From contig CAWHAE010000016.1 of the NCBI GenBank assembly GCA_963827235.1, positions 416,001 to 480,000 of the forward strand: 64,000 nt of DNA, read 5' to 3'. Position 1 is the first letter of the stretch. The number at the start of each line of letters is the position of its first letter. Source of the DNA: an uncultured bacterium. GTDB taxonomy: Bacteria; Chloroflexota; UBA5177; JANWHV01. The notes under the pieces were generated by a model. That model searched no databases and was not told where the DNA came from. It worked only from the letters and a program-made list of their open reading frames with translations. Shown piece after piece: positions 50,315 through 59,757 of the stretch. Both the position numbers and the translations under genes were made by a program.

Positions 50315-52165
50315 TCAGTCGAGGTAGTCCTTCAGCTTGCGGCTCCGCGACGGATGCCGGAGCTTGCGAAGCGCCTTTGCCTCGATCTGCCGGATGCGCT
50401 CCCGGGTCACGCCGAACTCCTTGCCAACTTCCTCGAGCGTCCGCGTACGGCCGTCCTCGAGCCCGAAGCGCAGTTGCAGTACCTTTCGCTCCCTGAGGGT
50501 CAACGAGGCGAGCACGTCCTCGACCTGCTCCTTGAGCAGCTGATGCGACGCTGCATCTTGCGGCGCCGTGGCTCCCGCGTCCTCGATGAAGTCGCCGAGA
50601 TGGCTGTCCTCTTCCTCGCCGATCGGCGTCTCGAGCGACACCGGCTCCTGCGAGACTTTCATGATCTCGCGCACCTTTTCAGGCGCGATATCCATCTTCT
50701 GCGCAATCTCTTCCGAGGTCGGCTCGCGACCCAGTTCTTGCAACAGCTTGCGCGACTCGCGGATCAGCTTGTTGATGGTCTCTACCATGTGCACCGGTAT
50801 GCGAATCGTCCGCGCCTGGTCGGCGATCGCGCGAGTGATGGCCTGGCGAATCCACCACGTGGCATAAGTGCTGAACTTGTAGCCCTTCGTGTGATCGAAT
50901 TTCTCGACAGCCCGGATCAGGCCGATATTGCCTTCCTGAATCAGGTCCAGGAGGTTCATGCCGCGGCCAATATACTTCTTCGCGACGCTCACCACCAAGC
51001 GGAGATTGGCCTCCGTCAGGCGGCGGCGCGCGTCCAGGCCGCGGTCGATCACTTCCTGGTTGAACTCCCAGGACTGGATCATTGCCCTAGCCTGATCGAG
51101 ATCCATCTTGACGCGCTTCTCCAGCATCACGGCCAGATCCTCGTCGGTAACGCTCGGACGAGCGCGCTCGTCCCAGATGTCCGCAGCTTCACGATGGCCG
51201 AGTCGCAGCAGCCGAACGAGCTCACGCACCGGCGTCGAGCGTTCCACTTCCTCGCCATTCAGGCGCACGACCCAATACGTGTCCTCCTCGACAACCGGCA
51301 CAATCTCGTCTCCGTCGACCAGCGCCAGGTCGGGGTCGGCGAGAGGATCCAGTTCGTCGGCTACTTCGACTACCTCGGAAACTTCGGCGTCGACAGGAAC
51401 CAGCGGCTCGGACCGGGAGCGCACCGCGAGTGCCACCCCTGCATCCCGTTCGTCTTCGTCGACATCGACCGGTACATCGTCGAGCGCATCCAGGACCGCT
51501 GAGCGCTCGCGCTGCTCGACTTCGACCAGAGCGCGCAGTCGCAACAGCGCCGGTTCGACAGTTGAGGGGACCTGTCCGCACACGGCACCGAGGGAGGTAA
51601 GGGCCCGGGCGACCGTCCCGTCTTCGTGCTTGTCTTCTTCCTGCTTGAGCAATCGCAGAGCGTCGCTGCAGGCGCGATCGGCGCCTTGCTCAGTGAGCCG
51701 TACCAGCGCATCCAGCTCTGCGCAGACGGCAAGCGCGACTGGGTCCTCCGAGCGTAACAGGGACGCCATTCGCCGGATGCCGGCCTCGAGGTTGAGCTCA
51801 TCGACGCCCAGCAGCTTCGCCCAGGCAGCGGCAGCCCTTGTCGCTTCGCGGCATTCGGTCGAGGTCAGTCGAAACAGCTTGATCCCACGAGCGAGGGTGG
51901 CCTGCGCGCGATCGACTTCGCGATCACCCGCCTTCATTGCTATGGCGTACTCGACCTCCTCCTTGCCCTTGAGCAGCCTGACGCGGCCGATCTCCCGGAG
52001 GTACATGCGAACAGGGTCATCAATATTGCCGCCTTCGTCGTCGAATCCCTGGTCTGCGTCGTCGTCGATGCCGGCTTCGAACTCGGGACGGGCACGCAGA
52101 TCTGCTTCGGGACGGGTCGCCCCGTGCCGGAACATTGATTCGGTTTGCTCGCCGTCGTGAATCAC
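50315..52165 (-). CDS. rpoD: RNA polymerase sigma factor RpoD/SigA with a large non-conserved insertion
   Basis: Region 1.2 [11 protein letters not shown]; region 2 [51 protein letters not shown]; region 4 [31 protein letters not shown]. Confidence 0.96.
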   Translation of the reverse strand: MIHDGEQTESMFRHGATRPEADLRARPEFEAGIDDDADQGFDDEGGNIDDPVRMYLREIGRVRLLKGKEEVEYAIAMKAGDREVDRAQATLARGIKLFRLTSTECREATRAAAAWAKLLGVDELNLEAGIRRMASLLRSEDPVALAVCAELDALVRLTEQGADRACSDALRLLKQEEDKHEDGTVARALTSLGAVCGQVPSTVEPALLRLRALVEVEQRERSAVLDALDDVPVDVDEDERDAGVALAVRSRSEPLVPVDAEVSEVVEVADELDPLADPDLALVDGDEIVPVVEEDTYWVVRLNGEEVERSTPVRELVRLLRLGHREAADIWDERARPSVTDEDLAVMLEKRVKMDLDQARAMIQSWEFNQEVIDRGLDARRRLTEANLRLVVSVAKKYIGRGMNLLDLIQEGNIGLIRAVEKFDHTKGYKFSTYATWWIRQAITRAIADQARTIRIPVHMVETINKLIRESRKLLQELGREPTSEEIAQKMDIAPEKVREIMKVSQEPVSLETPIGEEEDSHLGDFIEDAGATAPQDAASHQLLKEQVEDVLASLTLRERKVLQLRFGLEDGRTRTLEEVGKEFGVTRERIRQIEAKALRKLRHPSRSRKLKDYLD

Positions 52166-52411
52166 GCGGATCCCTTCCTCTACGAACTCAGGAACGGCCC
52201 TGCCTGGTCGATGGTGCGACTATCCATGGAGGTGAAACGCCCGGGAGTTCGGGCTCCACAAGTATACATCAATGGGACCGGAGCCCCTGACAGCGTGTGG
52301 CCGGCTCGGGGCCGACTCGCTTGCTCCAACAACCCAATTGCCCCTCGGCCGCCCGCCGCCGACGGGGTCCGGCACTGGTGCGTGCCGCGACCGGGTACAT
52401 ACACGCCGGTC

Positions 52412-52432
52412 TGTGCTAGACGTGATAGCACA
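52412..52432. promoter_or_regulatory. Inverted repeat TGTGCTA-N7-TAGCACA upstream of rpoD
   Basis: Perfect 7-bp arms overlapping a candidate minus-strand promoter TTGTCT-N18-TATCAC. Confidence 0.45.
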
Positions 52433-52558
52433 TCTCAGGCCAACTAGACAATTGCCCGGAGAGCGTAACTCGGGATTGCCGGCGCGGTCAGCAGCGTTGT
52501 TCCCGCAGGAGCGGCTTGAAGCGGACAAGATCAGCCATCTACGGGCCTGCCGGAACGA

Positions 52559-52596
52559 GGTGGGCGGGAGAGCCCGCTCGGAGCCTCCCGCCCACC
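52559..52596 (-). terminator. Stem-loop after ppdK
   Basis: GGTGGGCGGGAG and CTCCCGCCCACC form 12-bp arms about 20 nt past the ppdK stop; the U tract is weak. Confidence 0.55.
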
Positions 52597-52617
52597 ATAC
52601 GTGGCTACGCGAAAAGC

Positions 52618-55309
52618 CTACTTGTCGCGCTCGCCGCCGACGATCGCCGCCTGTGCAGCGGCAAGCCGCGCTACCGGCACACGGAACGGCGAGCAGCTGA
52701 CGTAGGTCAGACCCGCCTGGTGGCAGAACTCGATCGAGCTTGGGTCGCCGCCATGCTCGCCGCAGATACCGAGCGTGATGTCGGGCCGAACCGACCGGCC
52801 CTTTTCGACCGCCATCTTGACCAACGCTCCCACACCTTCACGATCCAGCACCTGGAATGGATTCTCGGGCAGGATCTTCTCCTCGACGTACCGAAGCAGG
52901 AACTTGCCCTCGGCGTCATCGCGCGAGAAGCCGAACGTAGTCTGCGTAAGGTCGTTGGTACCAAAGCTGAAGAACTCGGCGTACTTCGCGATGGCATCGG
53001 CAGTCAGCGCCGCACGCGGCAGCTCGATCATCGTGCCGATCTTGAAGTGGACTCTGACTCCCTGGCGTGCTTGCTCCTCTTCGGCTACCTTCTCGAGCTG
53101 CTTCCTGGTGATATCCAGCTCGTTTACGTGGCTGACCAGAGGAACCATGATCTCCGGGTGGACGTCGACTCCCTCTTTCTTCAGCTCGCATGCTGCGCCG
53201 ATGATGGCACGACACTGCATCGTGGTGATGCCCGGGAAGGTCAAGCCCAGGCGAATACCGCGGAGGCCGAGCATCGGGTTCTGCTCGCGCATGCCCTCGA
53301 TGGCGTGCAGCAGCTTCTCCTGCTTTGCCAGCTCCGTGGGGTTGTCTCCACGGGTGCGCAGCTCCACCACCTTGGTGAGCGTCTCCTCGAAGGACGGCAG
53401 GAACTCATGCAACGGCGGATCGATGAGCCGGATCACGACCGGCAGTCCTTCCATTGCCTTGAGGATGCCGCGGAAATCGGCTTTCTGAACGGGCAGCAGC
53501 TTGTCGAGGGCCTCCTGGCGCTCTTCCTCGGTTTCGGCCAGGATCATCTGCTGCACGACGGGAAGGCGCTCTTCCTCGAAGAACATGTGCTCGGTGCGGC
53601 AAAGACCAATGCCCTGGGCTCCGAACTCGCGGGCCTTCTGCGCGTCGCGAGGATAATCGCCATTAGCCCACACCTGGAGCCGGCGGACTTCGTCGGCCCA
53701 GCCAAGCAGCGTCTGCAGGTCCTTCTCCTCGGAGAAGTTCGGCGACTTCGACTGGATGGATCCGGCAAACACCTCGCCGGTGGTGCCGTCGATGGAGATG
53801 AAATCGCCTTCTTTCACCACCTGGTCGCCGGCGCGCATGGTCGCGGTCCGCTCATCGATGCGCAGATCCCCGGCGCCCGCCACACAGGGCTTGCCCATGG
53901 AGCGAGCGACCACTGCCGCGTGGCTGGTCGCGCCGCCTCGAGCCGTCAGCACGCCCTTGCGCCGCGATCATACCGTGGACGTCGTCGGGAGAGGTTTCCT
54001 GGCGAACCAGGATCACGGCCTCGCCCTTTGTGCCGAGCTCCTCGGCGCGATCGGCGGTGAAGATTGCCTTGCCGGCTGCTGCTCCGGGCGAGGCATTGAG
54101 ACCCTTGGCCAGGAGCCGCTTCTCAGCCGTCGCCTTTGCCTTGTCGGCGGGGTCGAACCGAGGCAGCAGCAGCTGCGTGATATCGCCGGCCGGCACATAC
54201 TTCTCGGTCAGTGCCGTCCTGCGGTCGATAATGCCCTCGTTGGCCAGCTCAACGGCGATCTTGACCGCCGCGGGACCAGTACGCTTGCCCGATCGAGTCT
54301 GAAGCATGTAGAGGGTGCCGCGCTCGATGGTGAACTCCATGTCCTGGATGTCCTTGTAGTGGCGCTCCAGTCGCGTGGCGATCTCATCGAACTGCTTGTA
54401 CACCGCGGGCATGTCGCGCGCGAGCGTCGCGATCGGTGCCGGTGTACGGATACCCGCCACGACGTCCTCGCCCTGTGCGTTGAGCAGATATTCGCCGTAG
54501 AGCTTCTTCTCACCGGTCGAGGGATTCCGCGTAAAGGCAACGCCGGTCCCCGAATCGGTGCCCATGTTGCCGAACACCATGGTCTGCACGTTCACCGCGG
54601 TGCCCAGCGTGTGTGAGATCTTGTTGAAGTTGCGATAGTCGATAGCGCGTTTGCCGTTCCAGGAAAGGAAGACGGCCATCACCGCGCGCTCAAGCTGGGC
54701 AAGCGGCTCGGTCGGGAAGTCCTCTCCGGTCTCGCGCTTGACGATGCCCTTGTAGGTGCTCACGAGCTTCTTCAGCGAGTCGACGCTCAGGTCGGCGTCT
54801 GTTTTGGCACCGGCCGACGCTTTGGCCGCGTCGAGGTCGTGCTCAAACGCCTCACCCTTAATGCCCAGCACGATTTTGCCGAATAGCTGAATGAACCGCC
54901 TGTAGGCGTCGAAGGCGAATCGCTCGTTGTTGGTCAGTTTCGCCAGGCCAGCGGTGACTTCGTCGTTGAGGCCCAGGTTGAGCACAGTGTCCATCATGCC
55001 CGGCATGGAGAACTTCGCGCCCGATCGCACGGAGACGAGTAGGGGATTCGTGGCGTCGCCGAACTTCTTGCCCGTCTTCGCTTCGACGGTTTTCAGCGAG
55101 TCGAGCACCTGCGCCCAGAGTCCTTCGGGCAGCTTCTGGTCGCCGGCATAGAATGCGTTACAAGCCTCCGTGGTGATGGTGAAGCCTGGCGGAACAGGTA
55201 GTCCGGCGTTTGTCATCTCCGCGCATCCAGCGCCCTTGCCACCAAGCAAGTCGCGCATGGTCGCGTTGCCTTCGCTGAAGAGATAGACCCACTTCTTAGT
55301 GCCTGTCAC
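52618..55309 (-). CDS. ppdK: Pyruvate, phosphate dikinase (one frameshift near 53955)
   Basis: LLGGKGA, PVPPGFTITT, LLVSVRSGA, QTRSGKRT, ETSPDDVHGM; after the shift LTARGGATSHAAVVAR (phospho-His), GIGLCRTEHM, FSFGTNDLTQ, GICGEHGG. Confidence 0.94.
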
Positions 55310-55577
55310 GTTACCTGCCTTTTCATGAACCATCCGATACGCCCCCCCTGGCAGCTGCAGCGATACCGCGTAACCGTCTGCTCATTGCCAGACTCGGTCA
55401 CGTCGCGAGGCCGTCGCGAACCCCAACGGCAGGCAAAGTCGCCAGACAAGCTGGACCCAAGGCGAGCCCCGTTCGTAGTGTACTAAGTTGCCGACCTCGC
55501 GGGGACGCCACAAGGGCAGCGTCCCCAAGCCCATTGGTCATCAATTCCAAGGGCCGATAGGCACAAGCCTTGGAACG

Positions 55578-56363
55578 CTACTGCATGGCTACGGCGGCGG
55601 CCCGCAGGCCACGGACGGCGTCCACGAAGCCGGTCGACCGCAGTCGCAGGTCGAGAAGGTACTGGATATAGCCGATCATCACGTGCTCGGCCTCGGCCAG
55701 AGCATCCGGGGTCGGCTGCAACTTGGCAAGAGCCGCCTCCGGACGCACCTGGAGATTGCGCAGGATGCGCAGCTGCTCCTGCCCTGCAGGAAACGCGTCG
55801 GCGGTCCTCGCGCTGCACGCCGGGCACAGCACGCCACCTTCTCTATAGGAGAAGCCATTCACCTCCGGGCGAATCTCGGCGCCGCACACGGTGCAGCGAA
55901 AGAGCTCCGGCCGGTAGCCTGCCACGCCGAGCAGCTCGAGCTCGAACGCACGAGCCGCGAGGTTGGCATCGACGGCCGGCTGGTCGAGGCGTCGCAGGTG
56001 ATGAAGTAGTGCGTCGTAGAGTCCGGCAACAGGGTGCTGCTCTTCGGTGAAGCGATCGACGAGCTCTGCCGCGTAGAAGGCAAGAGACACGCGCCAAAGA
56101 TCCGTGTGCAGGCTTTCGAACTGCTGAATCGTCGTGCCCTGGGTCACGAGGTCAAACGTGCGTCCGCGCACAATGAAGAGGTTGCTGCAGGTGAACAGGC
56201 CGACGTGGCCGGCAAGGCGGCTCGCCGTCCGCCGCACCCCTTTGGCAAGAGCGCGCAGCTTCCCGTGCTCAGGCGTGAACAGCACGAGCAAGCGGTCCCG
56301 CTCGGCAAACACGGAACTCTTGAGCACAATGGCATCGGATCGGAAGGTACGGAGCGCAGCCAT
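55578..56363 (-). CDS. recO: DNA repair protein RecO
   Basis: AIVLK...E.DRLLVLFT.EHGKLRALAKGVR, GYRPEL, zinc motif CTVC...CPAC. Confidence 0.94.
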   Translation of the reverse strand: MAALRTFRSDAIVLKSSVFAERDRLLVLFTPEHGKLRALAKGVRRTASRLAGHVGLFTCSNLFIVRGRTFDLVTQGTTIQQFESLHTDLWRVSLAFYAAELVDRFTEEQHPVAGLYDALLHHLRRLDQPAVDANLAARAFELELLGVAGYRPELFRCTVCGAEIRPEVNGFSYREGGVLCPACSARTADAFPAGQEQLRILRNLQVRPEAALAKLQPTPDALAEAEHVMIGYIQYLLDLRLRSTGFVDAVRGLRAAAVAMQ

Positions 56364-56640
56364 CTCTGTCGCCTGCGATCATGGTGGAAGCACTAGCAAG
56401 TGTAGCACCGGCCGCCGATCCCAGGTCAGCGCACTGTATCCCGAGGAACGACCTGTAGCTCACCTGCCTGGCACCGGTGCCGCCATTGTGAGACCGCGAC
56501 ACCGCTTCGTCAAAAGCGCAGGTCCGGATGGCGCCGCATCGCATCCCCGCGCGTCTGGGTCCGCCGCTTGCAGGGCGCCCGCCGAACGACTGCGCATGCA
56601 GCGGCCCTGATGCCGGCACGAGGGAGCGGCGGAATGGCCC

Positions 56641-56684
56641 AAAACGCCAGGGGGACCGCGCCGACATCGGCGCGGTCCCCCTGG
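56641..56684 (-). terminator. Intrinsic terminator after the Flp pilin gene
   Basis: Perfect 18-bp inverted repeat CCAGGGGGACCGCGCCGA / TCGGCGCGGTCCCCCTGG, followed on the minus strand by CGTTTT. Confidence 0.8.
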
Positions 56685-56706
56685 GCACTCAACGGGGCAA
56701 ACAGAC

Positions 56707-56901
56707 TTACAGGGCGCTGGAGACAGTATTCAGAGTGTTCGAGATGGACGGCTGCAGGAACTTGAGGGCCACGATCACCAGGATGGCGATGAGCGCCAGG
56801 ATAAGGGCGTACTCTACCAAACCCTGACCTTCTTCGCGGCGAAGGTGACGCTTGATCCAGGCCTTCAACTCAAGTGTGCGCGCTACGATGTACTCGTTCA
56901 C
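56707..56901 (-). CDS. flp: Flp/Fap family (Tad) pilin
   Basis: EEG|QGLVEYALILALIAILVIVAL is the prepilin cleavage Gly plus Flp EY motif; GTG start after GGGGAGG. Confidence 0.92.
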   Translation of the reverse strand: MNEYIVARTLELKAWIKRHLRREEGQGLVEYALILALIAILVIVALKFLQPSISNTLNTVSSAL

Positions 56902-56963
56902 GGGTGGAACCTCCCCAAGTTGAGCGTACATGTTAGGCGATTCCATTCACCGCCCAACTACCG

Positions 56964-57100
56964 ACACGAGTGTACGCCCGGCCCTGGGGCCTCCACAACA
57001 GCTTTCCTGGCACCTTTTCGGTGTCTAGTTAGCTACTTTTTTGGCGGGCAGACCCCGCGGATAGCACGAGAGTCGCATTGCGGAGGCGGGACACTCGTGT
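56964..57100. repeat. Repeated quasi-palindrome ACAC-N2-GTGT between flp and the kinase gene
   Basis: ACACGAGTGT at 56964-56973, its exact reverse complement ACACTCGTGT at 57091-57100, and a degenerate GCACGAGAGT at 57064-57073. Confidence 0.6.
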
Positions 57101-57235
57101 TAGCCTCAGGGCAAGCCACAGCCACTATGGGTTGTGTCCCGGGCGTCCGCGGCATGCCCTGAACAGGATGGATCCCACCGGCGTGCTCTCCCCGCGAGGT
57201 GCCGGCGGTGAGCAATCTCGGCACTGAGAATCGCG

Positions 57236-59104
57236 ATGCAAAGCCTGGCTACAGGTGGCTCAGTAGAACGTGGCGCAGCTCCCGGCCGGGCTGCGTCGGC
57301 TTCACTGCATCACCGCGCCCCCACCGAGGAGCCGAGCGCGGATCGCGTGCCGGGCAGGCGGTTTCGCAAGCCGTTGCTGGTCGTTCGAGTCGAGCTACTC
57401 CTCTACTCCTGGTCGAGCATCGAGGCGCGAATCGTCTGCCTCCAGTGGCTGGCGATGGTCCTGGTCGGCATTGGCGCCGCGCTGCCCAATCCGCTCGGAC
57501 CCGGACTCAGCACGCCAACGGTCGTGCTTGTCGAGTCGGTGCTGCTCGTACATCCCATTGCGTACTCCCTGGTCGCGTACTTCGGCTATCCCGCGGTACT
57601 GGGCGACGCGCCCATGCGGAAGGGGGTGCTCACCGCCATCGACGTCGGCGTGGCGGTCAGCGTGCTGGGCTTGACGGTCACTGCACCCAGCTACGCCCAG
57701 GCGCTGCCGTTCTGCGTCGTGCTGCTGGCCGCTACCCGTTACAGCCGCGTACAAGCGGTCGGCATCACGTCGCTGCTCGCAGTGTTACAGTTCTTCTCGT
57801 TCCTTGCCGCCAGTCACGACGGAATCCAGCTAACCAGCCTGAGCAGCGTGGTGGTTGCTATGTTCGCGCTTACTTACGGTGTGAACTTCCTGAGTGAAGC
57901 CGAGCGCAAAGAAGCGTCCATAGCGCTCGAAAACGCCAGGCTCTACCGAGGAGTACTGCAGCGCAACAGGGAGTTGGCGACGATCAATTCGCTAAGTCAA
58001 ACCGCAACCGAGGACACCCAGCCCGACCGCCTACTGGAGAGCGGCCTCGAGCTGATTCTGACCTCGCTGCCGGCCACTTGGGGACAGGCGTTTCGCTATG
58101 ACCAGCGGCTGGGAGAGGTAGAGGTCCTCTTCGCTCGCTGCGCCCAGACGAACGACAGCGGTCCGTCGGACGACGAGCTGCGAGGCGAAGCCCTGCGTGC
58201 TGCGCGCTCGCGTTCGATTATCGTCGAGGACTGCCTCTCGCCCGAGGGAGAGCCGGCCCACCGCATCAGCGCGCCGATCGTGGTGCAGGGCAGCACGGAA
58301 GGAGTGCTCCAGGCACTGATTCCGGATGTGGAGGGCGAGGCCGGCGGCAGTCCCCCGGCGCAGAGTATGGCAGTCGTCTGCCAGGAGCTGGGCACGTGGA
58401 TCGAGCGCGCCATGCTTCGCGATGCAGCGCAACGCAGCCTAGTGCTGGAGGAGAAGAGCCGCATAGCGCGAGAGCTGCACGACACCGTCCTGCAAATACT
58501 GTTTAGCATTGGGCTCGGCGTGGAGTGGTGCATGAGTCGCGCCGACGGCGACAGCGGCATGCTGAACCGGCTGCAGGAGATGCACAAGCTCACCGCGAGC
58601 GCCAGCAGCGAGCTGCGAAGTGCCATATTCACGCTCTCGTCTGACATCGCCGAGGTGGGGCTGATACCGGCCCTTGAGCGGCTGGCTAACGATTTCACCA
58701 AGCAGCATAACCTGCCGGTGTCGTTGAGCTGGTCAGGCCTGCAGCCCGAGATCTCAGTGCTCGGCCAGAACGCCATTCACAGGGTGGTGCGCGAAAGCCT
58801 GATGAATGCATACAAGCATGCGCAGGCTACACACGTGTCCGTACGCGTCATTTTCGAGACGGGCTTCGCGACGGTCGTTGTACAGGATGACGGCATCGGC
58901 CTCTCCGAGGAGGTCATGGAGCGATACGCGAGAGACCCGGCTCACTTTGGCTTGCGAACAATTGCCCAGCAGGTGCAGCAGCTGCGCGGCACGTTCGAGC
59001 TGATGAACGGCGACGAATCGGGAGCCGTAGTACGAGCCGTCGTGCCAATCGTACGCCGGTCGGAGGAAACCACCTATGCAGATACCGGTAGAGACGCGTA
59101 TTAG
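57236..59104 (+). CDS. Membrane sensor histidine kinase (multi-TM, GAF-like, HisKA_3)
   Basis: About 5-6 TM segments, IALENARLY, H-box RIARELHDTVLQ, N-box RESLMNAYKHA, G-box VQDDGIG, FGLRTI. Start uncertain. Confidence 0.92.
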   Translation: MQSLATGGSVERGAAPGRAASASLHHRAPTEEPSADRVPGRRFRKPLLVVRVELLLYSWSSIEARIVCLQWLAMVLVGIGAALPNPLGPGLSTPTVVLVESVLLVHPIAYSLVAYFGYPAVLGDAPMRKGVLTAIDVGVAVSVLGLTVTAPSYAQALPFCVVLLAATRYSRVQAVGITSLLAVLQFFSFLAASHDGIQLTSLSSVVVAMFALTYGVNFLSEAERKEASIALENARLYRGVLQRNRELATINSLSQTATEDTQPDRLLESGLELILTSLPATWGQAFRYDQRLGEVEVLFARCAQTNDSGPSDDELRGEALRAARSRSIIVEDCLSPEGEPAHRISAPIVVQGSTEGVLQALIPDVEGEAGGSPPAQSMAVVCQELGTWIERAMLRDAAQRSLVLEEKSRIARELHDTVLQILFSIGLGVEWCMSRADGDSGMLNRLQEMHKLTASASSELRSAIFTLSSDIAEVGLIPALERLANDFTKQHNLPVSLSWSGLQPEISVLGQNAIHRVVRESLMNAYKHAQATHVSVRVIFETGFATVVVQDDGIGLSEEVMERYARDPAHFGLRTIAQQVQQLRGTFELMNGDESGAVVRAVVPIVRRSEETTYADTGRDAY

Positions 59105-59723
59105 GCTACTCATCGTGGACGATCACGATATCGTCCGCGAGGGCTTGATGTCGATTCTGAGCGAAGAACCGGACTTCGAGGTCGTAGGAGAGGCCGCGGA
59201 CGGTCACGCCGCTTTGAAGGCGGTCGACAAACTCAAGCCTGCGGTCGTCCTTCTGGACATGCGCATGCCGGGCTTTGACGGTATCGAGGTGTGCCGCGAG
59301 ATCAGCGCGAGGCATCCCGAGGTCCGCGTGATCATCCTCACGGCTTTCCTCGACAGCGATACGATCAATCGCTGCATTCAAGCCGGCGCCAAGGGTTACG
59401 TGATCAAAGATGTCGAACGCACCGACCTGAAGCGATCGATTCGCGACGTCGCTCATGGCGAAGCCTTCCTCGATCGCAAGGTTCACACTGCCGTGGTCGA
59501 GCGGCTTAAGCGAGAAGGCGACCGCAACCGGCCTGTCCTAACTGACCGAGAAATCAGTATCCTGAAGCTGATGGCGGAGGGCTTCACCAATCGGCAGATC
59601 GCCACGAAGCTCTATGTCAGCGAAGGCACAATCAAAGATCAGCTTCAGAAGATCATGGACAAGCTTGGCGCGACGAACAGAGTGTCGGCACTCTATGTGG
59701 CAGCAAAAGAGGGCCTCATCTAG
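59076..59723 (+). CDS. NarL/LuxR-family response regulator
   Basis: LIVDDH, VLLDMRMP, ILTAF, GYVIK, HTH LTDREISILKLMAEGFTNRQIA; SD GGAGG. Confidence 0.95.
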   Translation: MQIPVETRIRLLIVDDHDIVREGLMSILSEEPDFEVVGEAADGHAALKAVDKLKPAVVLLDMRMPGFDGIEVCREISARHPEVRVIILTAFLDSDTINRCIQAGAKGYVIKDVERTDLKRSIRDVAHGEAFLDRKVHTAVVERLKREGDRNRPVLTDREISILKLMAEGFTNRQIATKLYVSEGTIKDQLQKIMDKLGATNRVSALYVAAKEGLI

Positions 59724-59757
59724 CCGCATCGCCTGGCTGCCGCGTCTTTGAGGGACC

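Noticed and set aside
51032-51925. Possible intein in RpoD
   Set aside because: No C-terminal His-Asn followed by Cys/Ser/Thr, and no recognisable splicing or LAGLIDADG blocks.
36570-53960. A shared programmed frameshifting system behind the broken genes
   Set aside because: No common slippery motif or stimulatory structure was seen, and the genes are functionally unrelated.
55370-55395. ANTAR-like hairpin in the ppdK leader (GTCTG-GCAATGAG-CAGAC, minus strand)
   Set aside because: The loop is not a closed hexaloop and no second tandem hairpin is evident.
56515-56535. CAGGTCCGGATGG resembling SRP RNA domain IV
   Set aside because: The GGAAGGAAGCAG continuation and the enclosing helix are missing.
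56940-57060. c-di-GMP riboswitch upstream of flp (CACC-GAAAA-GGTG hairpin)
   Set aside because: Lacks the GGCAAA and GACGCAAAGC core of class I, and class II features were not seen.
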